This document shows, one piece after another, positions 1 through 9,356 of a DNA stretch of 64,000 nucleotides; position 1 is the first letter of the stretch; each line of letters starts with the position of its first letter. The position numbers and the translations under genes were made by a program. The stretch lies in NCBI GenBank assembly GCA_963668545.1, contig OY764868.1:848550-912549 (forward strand). The letters are read 5' to 3'. The stretch is from Spirochaetia bacterium. GTDB lineage: Bacteria > Spirochaetota > Spirochaetia > CADAEX01. The notes under the pieces were generated by a model. That model saw only the letters and a program-made list of their open reading frames with translations, made no database searches and was not told where the DNA came from.

Positions 1-1
1 C

Positions 2-1636
2 GATATTGTTCTGGAAGAATATCAGAAAGTCCCGGAATATTCCGAATACATGTCAACAATAAATGCTTTTGCTGATGAAAATGTAGCTCTTGTATATATT
101 GTAAACAGCCTGAACGGAAGCCTTGCTCTTCATAAGTGGTTTGATCTTCCTGTTGATTACAGTGCCCTTTCAAAGGATTACTATAAGAAGCCGGTTGAGC
201 TTGGTGGATTTTATCTCTCTCCTCCATACCTCAATCCCCCTGATTCGGGGACTGACAGAATTGCAATAACATCAAGTTATCCGGTAAGAGATAAATCAGG
301 TAATATCCTTGGAATTACTGCAATAGATCTGTCCTTAACTTTTCTGGAGAAATATATTAAGGAAATAACTTCAAAATATAATGCTGATGTTTCTGTATTT
401 ACAGGTGACGGTTTTGTTATTTACAACAGAAATGTCGAGATTACACCTGAAACTGAAGAACTGCCTGATTTTGACAGATTTGCTGAACTGACCGGATTGA
501 AAAACAGCGACAGCTTTAAAAAATATCTCAGGGAAACATCAGAAAAGACACTGGAAAAAAGCTATCAGCTTGATTTTGAAAACAGGCCTTCAAAAATTAT
601 TGCGACTTCTGTTCTTCCCGGTACAGACTGGGTTGTTACAACAGGGTATCCGAAAAAAGACATTGATATGAGGATAATAGGCAGCGTTCTGAAAACAACA
701 GCAATGAATATTGTATTTGTTCTTCTGGCCCTTTTTGCTGTCTACGTTATAATAAACAGAAATATTGTCAGGGCTGTATTGAAGTCTTCTGAACTTCTTG
801 AGAAGGTTGCAGAGGGGAATCTCAGGATAAAAGTGGACAGGAAAATGATTGAACGAAGGGATGAAGTCGGTACTCTCGGAAAATCTCTAAACGCCATGCT
901 TTCAAGGCTTAACCAGATTGTAAGGGATGTTATTGCAGCTTCAGAGCAGATCAGTTCAGGGAGCAGGCAGCTTTCAAATTCATCCCAGGAACTTTCAAAC
1001 GGTGCAAGCCAGCAGGCTGCAGGTGCAGAGGAAATCTCCTCATCCATGGAAGAGATGAATGCAAATATCAGGCAGAATGCTGAAAATTCTATCAAGACAG
1101 AGGGTATTGCATCAAGCGGTGCTGAAAAAATCAGGGAAGGCAACAGGTCTGTAATAGCTTCGGTTGCATCAATGAAAAGTATTGCAGAGAAAATTACAGT
1201 AATTGAAGAGATAGCAAGGAATACAAATCTTCTTGCGCTTAACGCAGCTATTGAAGCGGCAAGGGCAGGGGACCAGGGCAAGGGTTTTGCAGTTGTTGCA
1301 AGCGAGGTAAGAAAGCTTGCCGAGAACAGCCAGAAGGCGGCTGCTGAAATAATAGAACTTTCCGGGAGTACGATGAAAGTGTCTGAAGAATCCGGAAGAA
1401 AACTGCAGGAAGTTGTTCCGGAAATAGAGGAAACAGCTGCCCTGATAGGAGAAATTACAGCAGCAAGCAAAGAGCAGCTGATCGGAACAGACCAGATGAC
1501 TGAAGGAATGCAGCAGCTGGATAAGATTATTCAGAGTAATGCCTCGGCGTCTGAGGAACTGGCAGCTACTGCTGAACAGCTTAACAGCCAGGCCATGTCA
1601 TTGCGGGAAATGATGAGTTTTTTCAGGACTGATTAG
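2..1636 (+). CDS. Methyl-accepting chemotaxis protein (Cache-like sensor, TM, HAMP, signalling domain); 5' end truncated by the window
   Basis: Frame is open from position 2; signature [33 protein letters not shown]; TM segment followed by HAMP ([15 protein letters not shown]). Confidence 0.95.
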   Translation, partial: DIVLEEYQKVPEYSEYMSTINAFADENVALVYIVNSLNGSLALHKWFDLPVDYSALSKDYYKKPVELGGFYLSPPYLNPPDSGTDRIAITSSYPVRDKSGNILGITAIDLSLTFLEKYIKEITSKYNADVSVFTGDGFVIYNRNVEITPETEELPDFDRFAELTGLKNSDSFKKYLRETSEKTLEKSYQLDFENRPSKIIATSVLPGTDWVVTTGYPKKDIDMRIIGSVLKTTAMNIVFVLLALFAVYVIINRNIVRAVLKSSELLEKVAEGNLRIKVDRKMIERRDEVGTLGKSLNAMLSRLNQIVRDVIAASEQISSGSRQLSNSSQELSNGASQQAAGAEEISSSMEEMNANIRQNAENSIKTEGIASSGAEKIREGNRSVIASVASMKSIAEKITVIEEIARNTNLLALNAAIEAARAGDQGKGFAVVASEVRKLAENSQKAAAEIIELSGSTMKVSEESGRKLQEVVPEIEETAALIGEITAASKEQLIGTDQMTEGMQQLDKIIQSNASASEELAATAEQLNSQAMSLREMMSFFRTD

Positions 1637-1811
1637 AGTATTACTGTCTTTCGTTATATTAAAATATATCTTCTCTATTATTCATCATTCATAGTAAATG
1701 CCAAATCACAGGATATATGTTATATTATATCAAGGTAACCGGATTTTGCCCGGTTACAATAGATAAAAAAAGATGTTGTGTTATCTGTTTTAACTGAAAA
1801 AACATATCAGA

Positions 1812-1833
1812 GACAGAACAATATTGTTCTGTC
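1812..1833. promoter_or_regulatory. Perfect 22-bp palindrome, candidate operator or hairpin upstream of the ankyrin gene
   Basis: GACAGAACAAT|ATTGTTCTGTC; a second inverted repeat GTAACCGG-N7-CCGGTTAC lies at 1735-1757. Confidence 0.45.
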
Positions 1834-1888
1834 AATTAAATCATCAATTAAAAAGCAGATAAGCATTAAAAAAAAAGTGAGGTGCCTT

Positions 1889-3064
1889 GTGATTAAAAAA
1901 ACTGTTCTGTTACTGTCTGCTGTTTTTCTCCTTAATTCCTGTCTTTATATGATGGCATATAAATCAGCAGGGAATAATGGAAAATCCATTCATTTCAATA
2001 TAAGGAAAAACAACTTTGCAGAAGTTGAAAAAATGCTGATAGAAGACCCGTCACGGGCAAACCTTATAGAGGAGAGTGTTCTTTCATGTCCCCCCCTTGT
2101 TACAGCGGCCTATGATACAGTCAACGGACCTTCATTTATAAGGCTTCTTCTGTCATACGGTGCAGATCCCAATCTGAGGTGCAGCAGTAAATATAAAACC
2201 GGTAAAATAGCTTTTGAAACAGCAGTTGCTGCCGGAAGCTATGAATCAGCAAAAATTCTGATTGACGGGGGTACAGATCTGGATATTCTGTGTTCCGACG
2301 GTAAAACAATCCTTGAAAAATCCTTTGATCTTAATGAAGCCCTTGTAATTGACCTCCTTGAGAAGGGAGCTGTTCCCAAAAACGACAACCTCCTTTTCAG
2401 GACATTATCCAGGGGATATTCAGGCAGTCTTTTTCTGAGGCTTGAACAGAAAGGGCTTGATATATTCAGGACAGATGAAAACGGGCAAAGCCTGCTTCAC
2501 AGCTCTGCGGTTTTCGGCAGTGATGAGATTTCTGAATACCTGATCTACAGGGGGCTTGATGTAAACAGGAAAGATAAAATGGGGGAAACTCCTCTTCATA
2601 AAGCATCGGTCGGATCAATCTGCCTGATGAAAATCGGGGGATATCAGAGCCAGTCTGTTGTCCCTGTTTTCTGTGCCTCTGAACATACTGTGTCTCTGCT
2701 TCTGAATGCAGGTGCACTTGTCGATTCAGCAAACAATTATAATGAAACCCCTCTTCATCTTGCTTCAAGGTACGGACACCTGGAAGTTATCAGGCTTCTG
2801 GTTTCTGCAGGTGCTGATGTAAATGCTGTTGACAGCAGGGGCTATACCCCTGTCCTTTATTCCGCCCTGGGTATTGATATTGATATACAGAATTCAGATT
2901 ATCCTCCTTATCATTCAGATAATCCTGCTGCTGCTGAATACCTTATTGAGAATGGAGCTGATCCCTATGCAAGGACTCCCGAAAATGAAACAGCACTTGA
3001 TATTGCATCCCGGTCAGGAGCTTCTGATGGTTTGTTAAAGGTATTCGGGAAATATATAAATTAG
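1889..3064 (+). CDS. Ankyrin-repeat lipoprotein
   Basis: Repeats GETPLHKAS, ETPLHLASRYGHLEVIRLLVSAGADVNA, GYTPVLYS, ETALDIA; GTG start at 1889 after GAGGTG gives a signal peptide with lipobox LLNSC. Confidence 0.85.
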   Translation: MIKKTVLLLSAVFLLNSCLYMMAYKSAGNNGKSIHFNIRKNNFAEVEKMLIEDPSRANLIEESVLSCPPLVTAAYDTVNGPSFIRLLLSYGADPNLRCSSKYKTGKIAFETAVAAGSYESAKILIDGGTDLDILCSDGKTILEKSFDLNEALVIDLLEKGAVPKNDNLLFRTLSRGYSGSLFLRLEQKGLDIFRTDENGQSLLHSSAVFGSDEISEYLIYRGLDVNRKDKMGETPLHKASVGSICLMKIGGYQSQSVVPVFCASEHTVSLLLNAGALVDSANNYNETPLHLASRYGHLEVIRLLVSAGADVNAVDSRGYTPVLYSALGIDIDIQNSDYPPYHSDNPAAAEYLIENGADPYARTPENETALDIASRSGASDGLLKVFGKYIN

Positions 3065-3088
3065 ACTCAATAATCACAAAGATAAAGG

Positions 3089-3781
3089 ATGCAGACGATG
3101 AAGGAAATACTCTTCTCGGATAAACTGAGGGAAAAATACAGCAGAGCTTCAATCGCTGTGCTTGAGATGAGAGATATAAAAAACAGGGATGAAGGGGAGT
3201 ATCTTCTGAAGGTGAAAAAAGAGACAGAATCGGCTCTTATCAGGGGATATTCTGATATCGCCCGTGAAGATATGATAAAGGACCCTGTTCTGAAGGCTTA
3301 CAGGGATTATTACAGGAAGTTTAAAAAGACATACCATCTTCTTCTTCAGCTTGAATCTATTGCAAAAAAGGGGAGAAGTTTCCCTTCAGTCAATCCTCTT
3401 GCTGATTCCTGCTTCATTGCGGAAATGTCAACCTTTATTCTTACAGCCGGTCATGATGCCGATCTCCTTTCAGAAAAAATTGTTTTTGATCTGAGTGGAG
3501 AAATGGATGAGTTTACCCGGATAAACGGGCAGTCCATTGTTCTGAAACAGGATGATATGATTATGAGAAGCGGAGGTAAAAATGTCTGTTCTGTTATTTA
3601 CGGGCAGGACAACAGCACTGTTCTTTCTCCTGCAACGGAAAATGCTTTTTATGTTTCTTATGTACCTGAAGGAGTTCCCGGGGAAGCTGTTCTCAGAAAT
3701 CTTGATATGATCGAATCGCTTGTAAATCATTTTTCCCCTTCTGCAGAAACAGAAATAAAGCAGGTTTACAGACTGGGCTGA
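3089..3781 (+). CDS. B3/B4 (PheRS beta editing-like) domain protein
   Basis: DPVLKAYRDYYRKF, PSVNPLAD and GHDAD motifs of stand-alone B3/4 proteins. Confidence 0.75.
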   Translation: MQTMKEILFSDKLREKYSRASIAVLEMRDIKNRDEGEYLLKVKKETESALIRGYSDIAREDMIKDPVLKAYRDYYRKFKKTYHLLLQLESIAKKGRSFPSVNPLADSCFIAEMSTFILTAGHDADLLSEKIVFDLSGEMDEFTRINGQSIVLKQDDMIMRSGGKNVCSVIYGQDNSTVLSPATENAFYVSYVPEGVPGEAVLRNLDMIESLVNHFSPSAETEIKQVYRLG

Positions 3782-3831
3782 TACTTCCATTTATTGATAA
3801 AATAATGATGAAATAATATAATTTTCTCCTG

Positions 3832-4701
3832 ATGGCTGAATATATAAAGGCAAGAAAGCTGATCTCAAGATTTTCTGAAGACCCTTTTTTCGGTTTAAGA
3901 TATAACATAAACCTCTACAGGGGATGCCAGCACAGCTGTATCTACTGTGATTCAAGAAGCGAGTGTTACAAGCTCGGAGATCTTTCAAGGATCAGGATCA
4001 AGGAAAATGCCATTGACCTGCTCTCGGATGAACTTTCAAGGATAGGTGAAAAAGGTACGATAGGGACCGGCAGCATGAATGATCCGTACATGCCTGCAGA
4101 AAAAGACATGATGCTCACATCAGCTGCGCTTGATGTTATCGGGCATTACAGGTTCCCTGTTCATATAATAACAAAGAGTGATCTTGTTGTAAGGGATATT
4201 GAGAAGATCAGGAGGATTGGAAGGGTTTATTCAGCTGTATCTGTTACAGTTACTACTGCTGATGACAAGCTCGCTTCATACCTTGAACCTGATGCCCCGC
4301 CCCCTTCCAGGCGCTTCGAAGCAGTCAGAAAACTATCTGATGCTGGAATATATACAGGAATACTTATTACACCTGTTCTTCCCTTCATAACAGATTCAGT
4401 GCGGGGGATTGAAGAAATACTGGTGAATGCCGGGAAATCAGGTGCCAAATATGTACTTTTCTTTCCAGCCGTTACTCTCCGTGACAGACAGAGGGAATAC
4501 TATTACTCCGGACTTGATAAACATTTTCCAGGCATGAGGGAGCGTTATGAGAAAACATTCAGAGATAGTTACAGCTGTTTTCCCCCTGATCACAGGATTC
4601 TAAGCAGTTTTTTTTATAAAAAAGCCGGAGAAATGGGGATTGATACCGGAATGAAGTTTTATAGGAATCCGGCATCATCCCAGCTTGATCTTTTTCAGTA
4701 A
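3832..4701 (+). CDS. Radical SAM protein, spore-photoproduct-lyase-like (Rv2578c-type) family
   Basis: NLYRGCQHSCIYC (CxxxCxxC), DPYMPAE, ITKSDL, LEPDAPPPSRR; C-terminal QLDLF. Confidence 0.85.
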   Translation: MAEYIKARKLISRFSEDPFFGLRYNINLYRGCQHSCIYCDSRSECYKLGDLSRIRIKENAIDLLSDELSRIGEKGTIGTGSMNDPYMPAEKDMMLTSAALDVIGHYRFPVHIITKSDLVVRDIEKIRRIGRVYSAVSVTVTTADDKLASYLEPDAPPPSRRFEAVRKLSDAGIYTGILITPVLPFITDSVRGIEEILVNAGKSGAKYVLFFPAVTLRDRQREYYYSGLDKHFPGMRERYEKTFRDSYSCFPPDHRILSSFFYKKAGEMGIDTGMKFYRNPASSQLDLFQ

Positions 4702-4741
4702 AAACAGCTGAGTGATATCTTCAGGATAATTTCAGCTGTTT
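4702..4741. terminator. Probable bidirectional terminator between convergent genes
   Basis: AAACAGCTGA ... TCAGCTGTTT inverted repeat. Confidence 0.55.
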
Positions 4742-5636
4742 ATCCCTTTTTTATGACAGGTATGTATATATCAACCTCGCATTTCTCATCATCTGTTACC
4801 TTTTCATCATAGTATTCAAACTCAGGTGCAACAGCCCTTGCATAATCTGAATTCTGAAGCCATTCGCCGTAAATATAGCTCACCATATTCTGTACTGAAA
4901 AAGGGAGCTTGCCCTTTGCTGTAAATACAGCATACTCTGCTTCAGGAACAGTCAATGAAATAAGCCCCGGTGGAACAGTTTCGTGGGATGTTACCTCATA
5001 TGCAATGATGTATGAAAAAGTCCCTTCCTTGAAATTATAATCATCACATATACCCAGGCAGACTTTGGGATCCTTTTTGTCAGGTATTCTTTCTGCCGTT
5101 CTTTCACTCATGAACTGGTTCCAGAACTGCGGTATCTGCTTGAAATTGCTTCCGTTTGATGTGGATGTATCAAGCCTTGCCCCTATAACTTTGATTTTCT
5201 CCATTTTTCTGATAACAGGTTCCATTTGATAAGCCTCCTCTTTATTAAGTCTTAGAATTTTCCCGACATCAATTTTTTCAGCAGCCATTTTATATATATT
5301 GTTTTTCCTGTATTTCCCCGGTGTTAACCCGTATTCATTTTTAAAAGCCCGTGTAAAAGACTCCTGTGATTCATACTGAAGATCCATTGCAATATCAATA
5401 ATCCTCTTGTGTGTATAAAGGAGGTGATATGCAGCCCATGTCAGCCTCCTTTTCCTTGCATACTGCATAACGCTGTATCCGGAAATATGCATGAAGAGGC
5501 GCTGGAAATGATAAAGAGAGCAGTTTGCTATTTCCGCAGCATCCTCAACCCTGAAATCATCAAAAAGTCTTGTTTCAATGTAATCCACAGAAAGCTGTAT
5601 ACGTCTGATGTTGTTTCCGTTCATTGAATCTATCAT
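4740..5636 (-). CDS. AraC-family regulator with C-terminal GyrI-like effector domain (Rob-like)
   Basis: SLYHFQRLF, RKRRLTWAA, YESQESFTRAFKNEYGLTPGKYR; C-terminal YAVFT...YGEWL...EFEYY...DIYIPV. Confidence 0.9.
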   Translation of the reverse strand: MIDSMNGNNIRRIQLSVDYIETRLFDDFRVEDAAEIANCSLYHFQRLFMHISGYSVMQYARKRRLTWAAYHLLYTHKRIIDIAMDLQYESQESFTRAFKNEYGLTPGKYRKNNIYKMAAEKIDVGKILRLNKEEAYQMEPVIRKMEKIKVIGARLDTSTSNGSNFKQIPQFWNQFMSERTAERIPDKKDPKVCLGICDDYNFKEGTFSYIIAYEVTSHETVPPGLISLTVPEAEYAVFTAKGKLPFSVQNMVSYIYGEWLQNSDYARAVAPEFEYYDEKVTDDEKCEVDIYIPVIKKG

Positions 5637-5779
5637 ACCATTTCTTCAGAACCTGTTTTTGATATTTTGTGCTTTCATGAAGACTTAATCAGCAGATTCA
5701 TGATATACAGTTTTCTCTTATCATAAAAAGGAATAACTATTGTTAAATAATGATGTTTGCAGTATCATTTTGAAAAAAT

Positions 5780-6448
5780 TTGGAAATGCTGATGGAAAGA
5801 ATGAAAACAATTAAAGAACAGGTTTATGAAAAGTTGAAAAGTGATGTTCTTAACGGAATTTACAAACCGGGGGAACGTATTCAGGAGCTGGTGATTGCTA
5901 AAAAACTGAATGTAAGCAGGTCTCCAGTCAGGGAGGCCCTCAAAGAGCTTATAGGGGAGGGGCTGCTTGTAAGTGTTCCCAACAAAAGCATAACTGTGAA
6001 AAAACTTTCTGCAAAGGAAATAAAGGATATTTTCGATTTCAGAAACATTACAGAAAAATATGCAATAGAAAAGACAATTGAAAATATTGATGAGAGAATA
6101 ATCAAAAAACTTGAATCAATAAAATCTGAATTCATCAAGCTGTATCAGGATAACGACCTGCACAGATACTGCAAGGTTGATTCAGAGTTCCACAATTATC
6201 TGATTAAATCATCCGGGAATATCCTGCTTCACCAGGTTGTAGGCAATGTCATGGCGCTTATTGAACAGTTCAGGGTAATTTCCCTGAGCAGCAATCGGCG
6301 CTTTGAAGAGTCGATTGACGAGCATGTGACAATAATAGACAATATTCTCAAAAAAAACAAAGAAGCTGCATGCACTATCTGCAGTCGTCATCTTGATCTT
6401 GCCAAAGAAGAGATTATCTCCTATCTGAACAGTAAAAAAATAAGTTAA
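5780..6448 (+). CDS. GntR-family (FadR/FCD-type) transcriptional regulator; start may be a downstream ATG
   Basis: wHTH LNVSRSPVREAL..L..EGL; FCD motifs DSEFH, SGN, EH, HL. Confidence 0.9.
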   Translation: MEMLMERMKTIKEQVYEKLKSDVLNGIYKPGERIQELVIAKKLNVSRSPVREALKELIGEGLLVSVPNKSITVKKLSAKEIKDIFDFRNITEKYAIEKTIENIDERIIKKLESIKSEFIKLYQDNDLHRYCKVDSEFHNYLIKSSGNILLHQVVGNVMALIEQFRVISLSSNRRFEESIDEHVTIIDNILKKNKEAACTICSRHLDLAKEEIISYLNSKKIS

Positions 6449-6479
6449 AAAAATATTGATATCCATTGATAAAAAAATC

Positions 6480-6525
6480 TTGACAATTTCATTATGTATA
6501 ATGTATACATTATACATAATGAAAT
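6480..6525 (+). promoter_or_regulatory. larA-operon promoter (-35 TTGACA) directly followed by a perfect 40-bp palindrome, probable GntR operator
   Basis: TTGACA 6480-6485; ATTTCATTATGTATAATGTA|TACATTATACATAATGAAAT 6486-6525 with a TGTATACA centre. Confidence 0.75.
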
Positions 6526-6542
6526 ATACAAATTAACAGGCA

Positions 6543-7832
6543 ATGGAGTCAGCTGTGAAAAAAAGCTTTCAATTACCCTATGACACAAGGTTTCTTCAGC
6601 TTGAACTGGATGAATCGCAGATATCAGGGGTTTTAACAGCAAATCATGTACATGATCAGATTGGCAGATCGGAAATTGAAATTGTAAGGAATGCACTTGA
6701 AAATCCCGTGTCCTCTCCCAGGCTTTCTGAACTGGCGGCAGGCAGAAACAGGATTGTCTTGATAACGAGCGATCATACAAGGGCAGTCCCCAGTGCAATA
6801 ACCATGCCTCTTATTCTTGAGGAAATAAGAAAAGGCAACAGCAATGCTGATATAACTGTTCTTGTTGCAACAGGACTTCACCGCGGAATGACTGATGATG
6901 AGAAAAAAGATAAATTCGGTATAAAAATATATGAAAATGAAAAAATAATTAATCATGATGCTGATGACAGGGATAATCTTGTCTACCTTGGAGAACTACC
7001 TTCCGGAAGTAAGTGTGAAATAAACAGGATAGCTTATGAAGCGGATCTTGTTATTGCCGAAGGATTTATTGAACCCCATTTTTTTGCAGGATTCTCAGGA
7101 GGCAGGAAAAGCATACTTCCCGGAATAGCTTCAAAAGAGTGTGTGAATATCAACCATTCATCAGTAGCTATAGCAAGCGAAAAGGCAAGAAACGGAGTAC
7201 TTGATGGGAACCCCATACATGAAGACATGGTCAGGGCCGCAGAACTTGCCAGTCTTGAATTTATACTGAATGTTCTTCTCGATGATAACAAGAAAATAAT
7301 TGCAGCCTATTCAGGCGATTTTAAAGCGGCACACGGAAAGGGATGTGACCATCTCATGAGCATGTGTTCTGTAAAAGCGGTAAAATCTGACATTGTAATA
7401 ACCACCAATGGAGGATATCCCCTTGACCAGAACCTCTATCAGTGTCCCAAAGGTCTGGCTGCTGCATCTGACTGTATTAACGAAAACGGAGTCATTATTC
7501 TGGCAGCAGGATGCAGAGACGGTCTTGGAGGGGAGAATTTCGGTTCAATGATGCTTAAGGGAACTCCTGAGGAACTTATGGAAATGGTGCTTTCAATAGA
7601 ACCTGAGAAGACAATTTCAGAACAGTGGTGTGTACAGAGATTTGCAGAACAGCTTATGAAAACAACAATCATTCTGGTAACAGAGTACCTTGATAAGGAA
7701 CTGGTTGAAAGGATGAATTTTATACATGCTTCAGATTTGAATGAAGCTCTTGAAAAAGCATATCAAATTAAAGGTCATGACTCAAAGATAACAGTAATAC
7801 CTGACGGTGTTGCTGTAATAACCAGGAGGTAG
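6543..7832 (+). CDS. larA: Nickel-pincer-dependent 2-hydroxyacid racemase/epimerase (LarA family); GTG at 6555 after GGAG is an alternative start
   Basis: SDHTR, ATGLHR, EPHFFAGFSGGRKSILPG, NH, PLDQNLYQCPKG, EQW, IPDG. Confidence 0.9.
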   Translation: MESAVKKSFQLPYDTRFLQLELDESQISGVLTANHVHDQIGRSEIEIVRNALENPVSSPRLSELAAGRNRIVLITSDHTRAVPSAITMPLILEEIRKGNSNADITVLVATGLHRGMTDDEKKDKFGIKIYENEKIINHDADDRDNLVYLGELPSGSKCEINRIAYEADLVIAEGFIEPHFFAGFSGGRKSILPGIASKECVNINHSSVAIASEKARNGVLDGNPIHEDMVRAAELASLEFILNVLLDDNKKIIAAYSGDFKAAHGKGCDHLMSMCSVKAVKSDIVITTNGGYPLDQNLYQCPKGLAAASDCINENGVIILAAGCRDGLGGENFGSMMLKGTPEELMEMVLSIEPEKTISEQWCVQRFAEQLMKTTIILVTEYLDKELVERMNFIHASDLNEALEKAYQIKGHDSKITVIPDGVAVITRR

Positions 7833-7835
7833 AAA

Positions 7836-8150
7836 ATGGATAGCATGATAAAGGCTATTAAAAACCATGACAGCGATAACGTTGTTACAATTTTCGGGAA
7901 TGCCGGAAAAGGAGATACGGTAGAAATATTTGACAAGAAAGGAAACAGAACCACTCTTGTTGTAAAAAATGATATTCCATACGGGCATAAAGCTGCGATT
8001 TCTCCTATTGCGGTTAAGGAACAGGTTACAAAATACGGTGAGGAAATCGGTATTGCCACAACAGAAATCACTGCAGGTGAACATGTTCATATTCACAATA
8101 TTGACAGCATCAGAGGCAGGGGAGACTGGGTTAAAGAGGGGGACAGATAA
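7836..8150 (+). CDS. SAF-domain small subunit of a split UxaA/GarD-family dehydratase
   Basis: DNVVT, IPYGHKAA, VTKYGEEIG.A..EI.AGEHVHIHN. Confidence 0.85.
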   Translation: MDSMIKAIKNHDSDNVVTIFGNAGKGDTVEIFDKKGNRTTLVVKNDIPYGHKAAISPIAVKEQVTKYGEEIGIATTEITAGEHVHIHNIDSIRGRGDWVKEGDR

Positions 8151-8152
8151 TT

Positions 8153-9313
8153 ATGAAATATATGGGTTACAGAAGGGAAAACGGAAAAGTCGGTACAAGA
8201 AATCATGTTGCAGTTATTCCGGCAGTAGTCTGCGCAAATGAAGTTGTTGAAAATATTGTCTACTCGACACAGAATACCCAGCCTATCCTTCATCATCAGG
8301 GATGCTGTCAGACTCCCCCGGACCTCGAGAGAATTACTGACTGTCTGATTAAAGTTGGTGAAAATCCCAATGTAGGGGCAGCTCTTATTGTAAGTCTCGG
8401 ATGTGAAGGTGTTGATACAGACAGACTTGAAGAGGCAATCAGGGCTACAGGCAAACCTGTTGAAAGAATCAACATTCAGGAACTCGGCGGAACAAGCGCT
8501 TCAATCCAGGCTGGTATTGATATGGCCCAGAAGCTTGCCCTGAGAATTACCGGACAGCAGAGAGAGGAAATTGATTTTTCAGAATTTGTAATGGGGATAA
8601 AGTGCGGTGCATCTGATACAACTTCCGGTATTGCTTCAAACCCTGTTATCGGTTATGTGGCAGATAAAATTGTTGATCTCGGGGGAACAGTGATTTTCGG
8701 GGAAACAACTGAATTTATCGGTGCTGAACATATCCTTCAGAGAAGGGCGAAAAATGATCATGTTGCTTCCGAAATAAAAAGGATTGTTGATGAAATGGAA
8801 AACCGTGCAAAGGCAATCGGCGTTGACATGAGAAAAGGTCAGCCTACACCGGGAAATATTGAGGGCGGTTTAAGTACAATTGAGGAAAAATCACTTGGTG
8901 CAATTGTCAAGTCGGGAACAAGGACTATTGAAGGGGTTATCGGATATACAGAAGTACCCGGCGGAAAAGGTCTGTGGATCAAGGATTCCCCGGGAAGGGA
9001 AATTGAACTTCTATCAGGCATGGCTGTAGGCGGTTCCCAGATTATTCTCTTTTCTACCGGTAGAGGTGCTCCCCAGGGATTTCCTGTAGTACCTGTAATG
9101 AAAATCTGCGGAAATCCGGTTACCTATGACAGGATGAGCAAGGATATGGATATCAATGCAGGTAGAATTGTTAACGGTGAAAAATCAATAGAACAGGTTG
9201 GAGAGGAGACTTTCGATCTGCTTGTCAGGGTTGCTTCAGGACAGATGACAAAAGGAGAAGCAATAAAATATACAAGATCAATGGATTTTTACACATTGGG
9301 TCCTGTTATTTAA
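8153..9313 (+). CDS. UxaA/GarD-family (altronate/galactarate dehydratase-like) catalytic subunit
   Basis: GYRRENGKVGTRNHV, HHQGC, NPNVGA, SLGCE, KCGASDTTSG, ETTE, PGNIEGGLSTIEEKSLG, FSTGRG. Confidence 0.9.
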   Translation: MKYMGYRRENGKVGTRNHVAVIPAVVCANEVVENIVYSTQNTQPILHHQGCCQTPPDLERITDCLIKVGENPNVGAALIVSLGCEGVDTDRLEEAIRATGKPVERINIQELGGTSASIQAGIDMAQKLALRITGQQREEIDFSEFVMGIKCGASDTTSGIASNPVIGYVADKIVDLGGTVIFGETTEFIGAEHILQRRAKNDHVASEIKRIVDEMENRAKAIGVDMRKGQPTPGNIEGGLSTIEEKSLGAIVKSGTRTIEGVIGYTEVPGGKGLWIKDSPGREIELLSGMAVGGSQIILFSTGRGAPQGFPVVPVMKICGNPVTYDRMSKDMDINAGRIVNGEKSIEQVGEETFDLLVRVASGQMTKGEAIKYTRSMDFYTLGPVI

Positions 9314-9356
9314 ATATCTGCAAAGATATATAATATAAAAACATGGAGGAATTTTT

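Noticed and set aside
1812-1833. LexA/SOS box upstream of the unit containing the radical SAM gene
   Set aside because: GAAC-N6-GTTC spacing does not match the Gram-positive GAAC-N4-GTTC box.
7836-9313. SuyAB sulfolactate sulfo-lyase with LarA as a sulfolactate racemase
   Set aside because: The split architecture fits, but the large subunit has UxaA/GarD-type HHQGC and LGCE motifs rather than the SuyB-type HxYGRLQFG as I recall it, and the transporter is GntP with no sulfite exporter nearby. Disfavoured, not excluded without a phylogeny.
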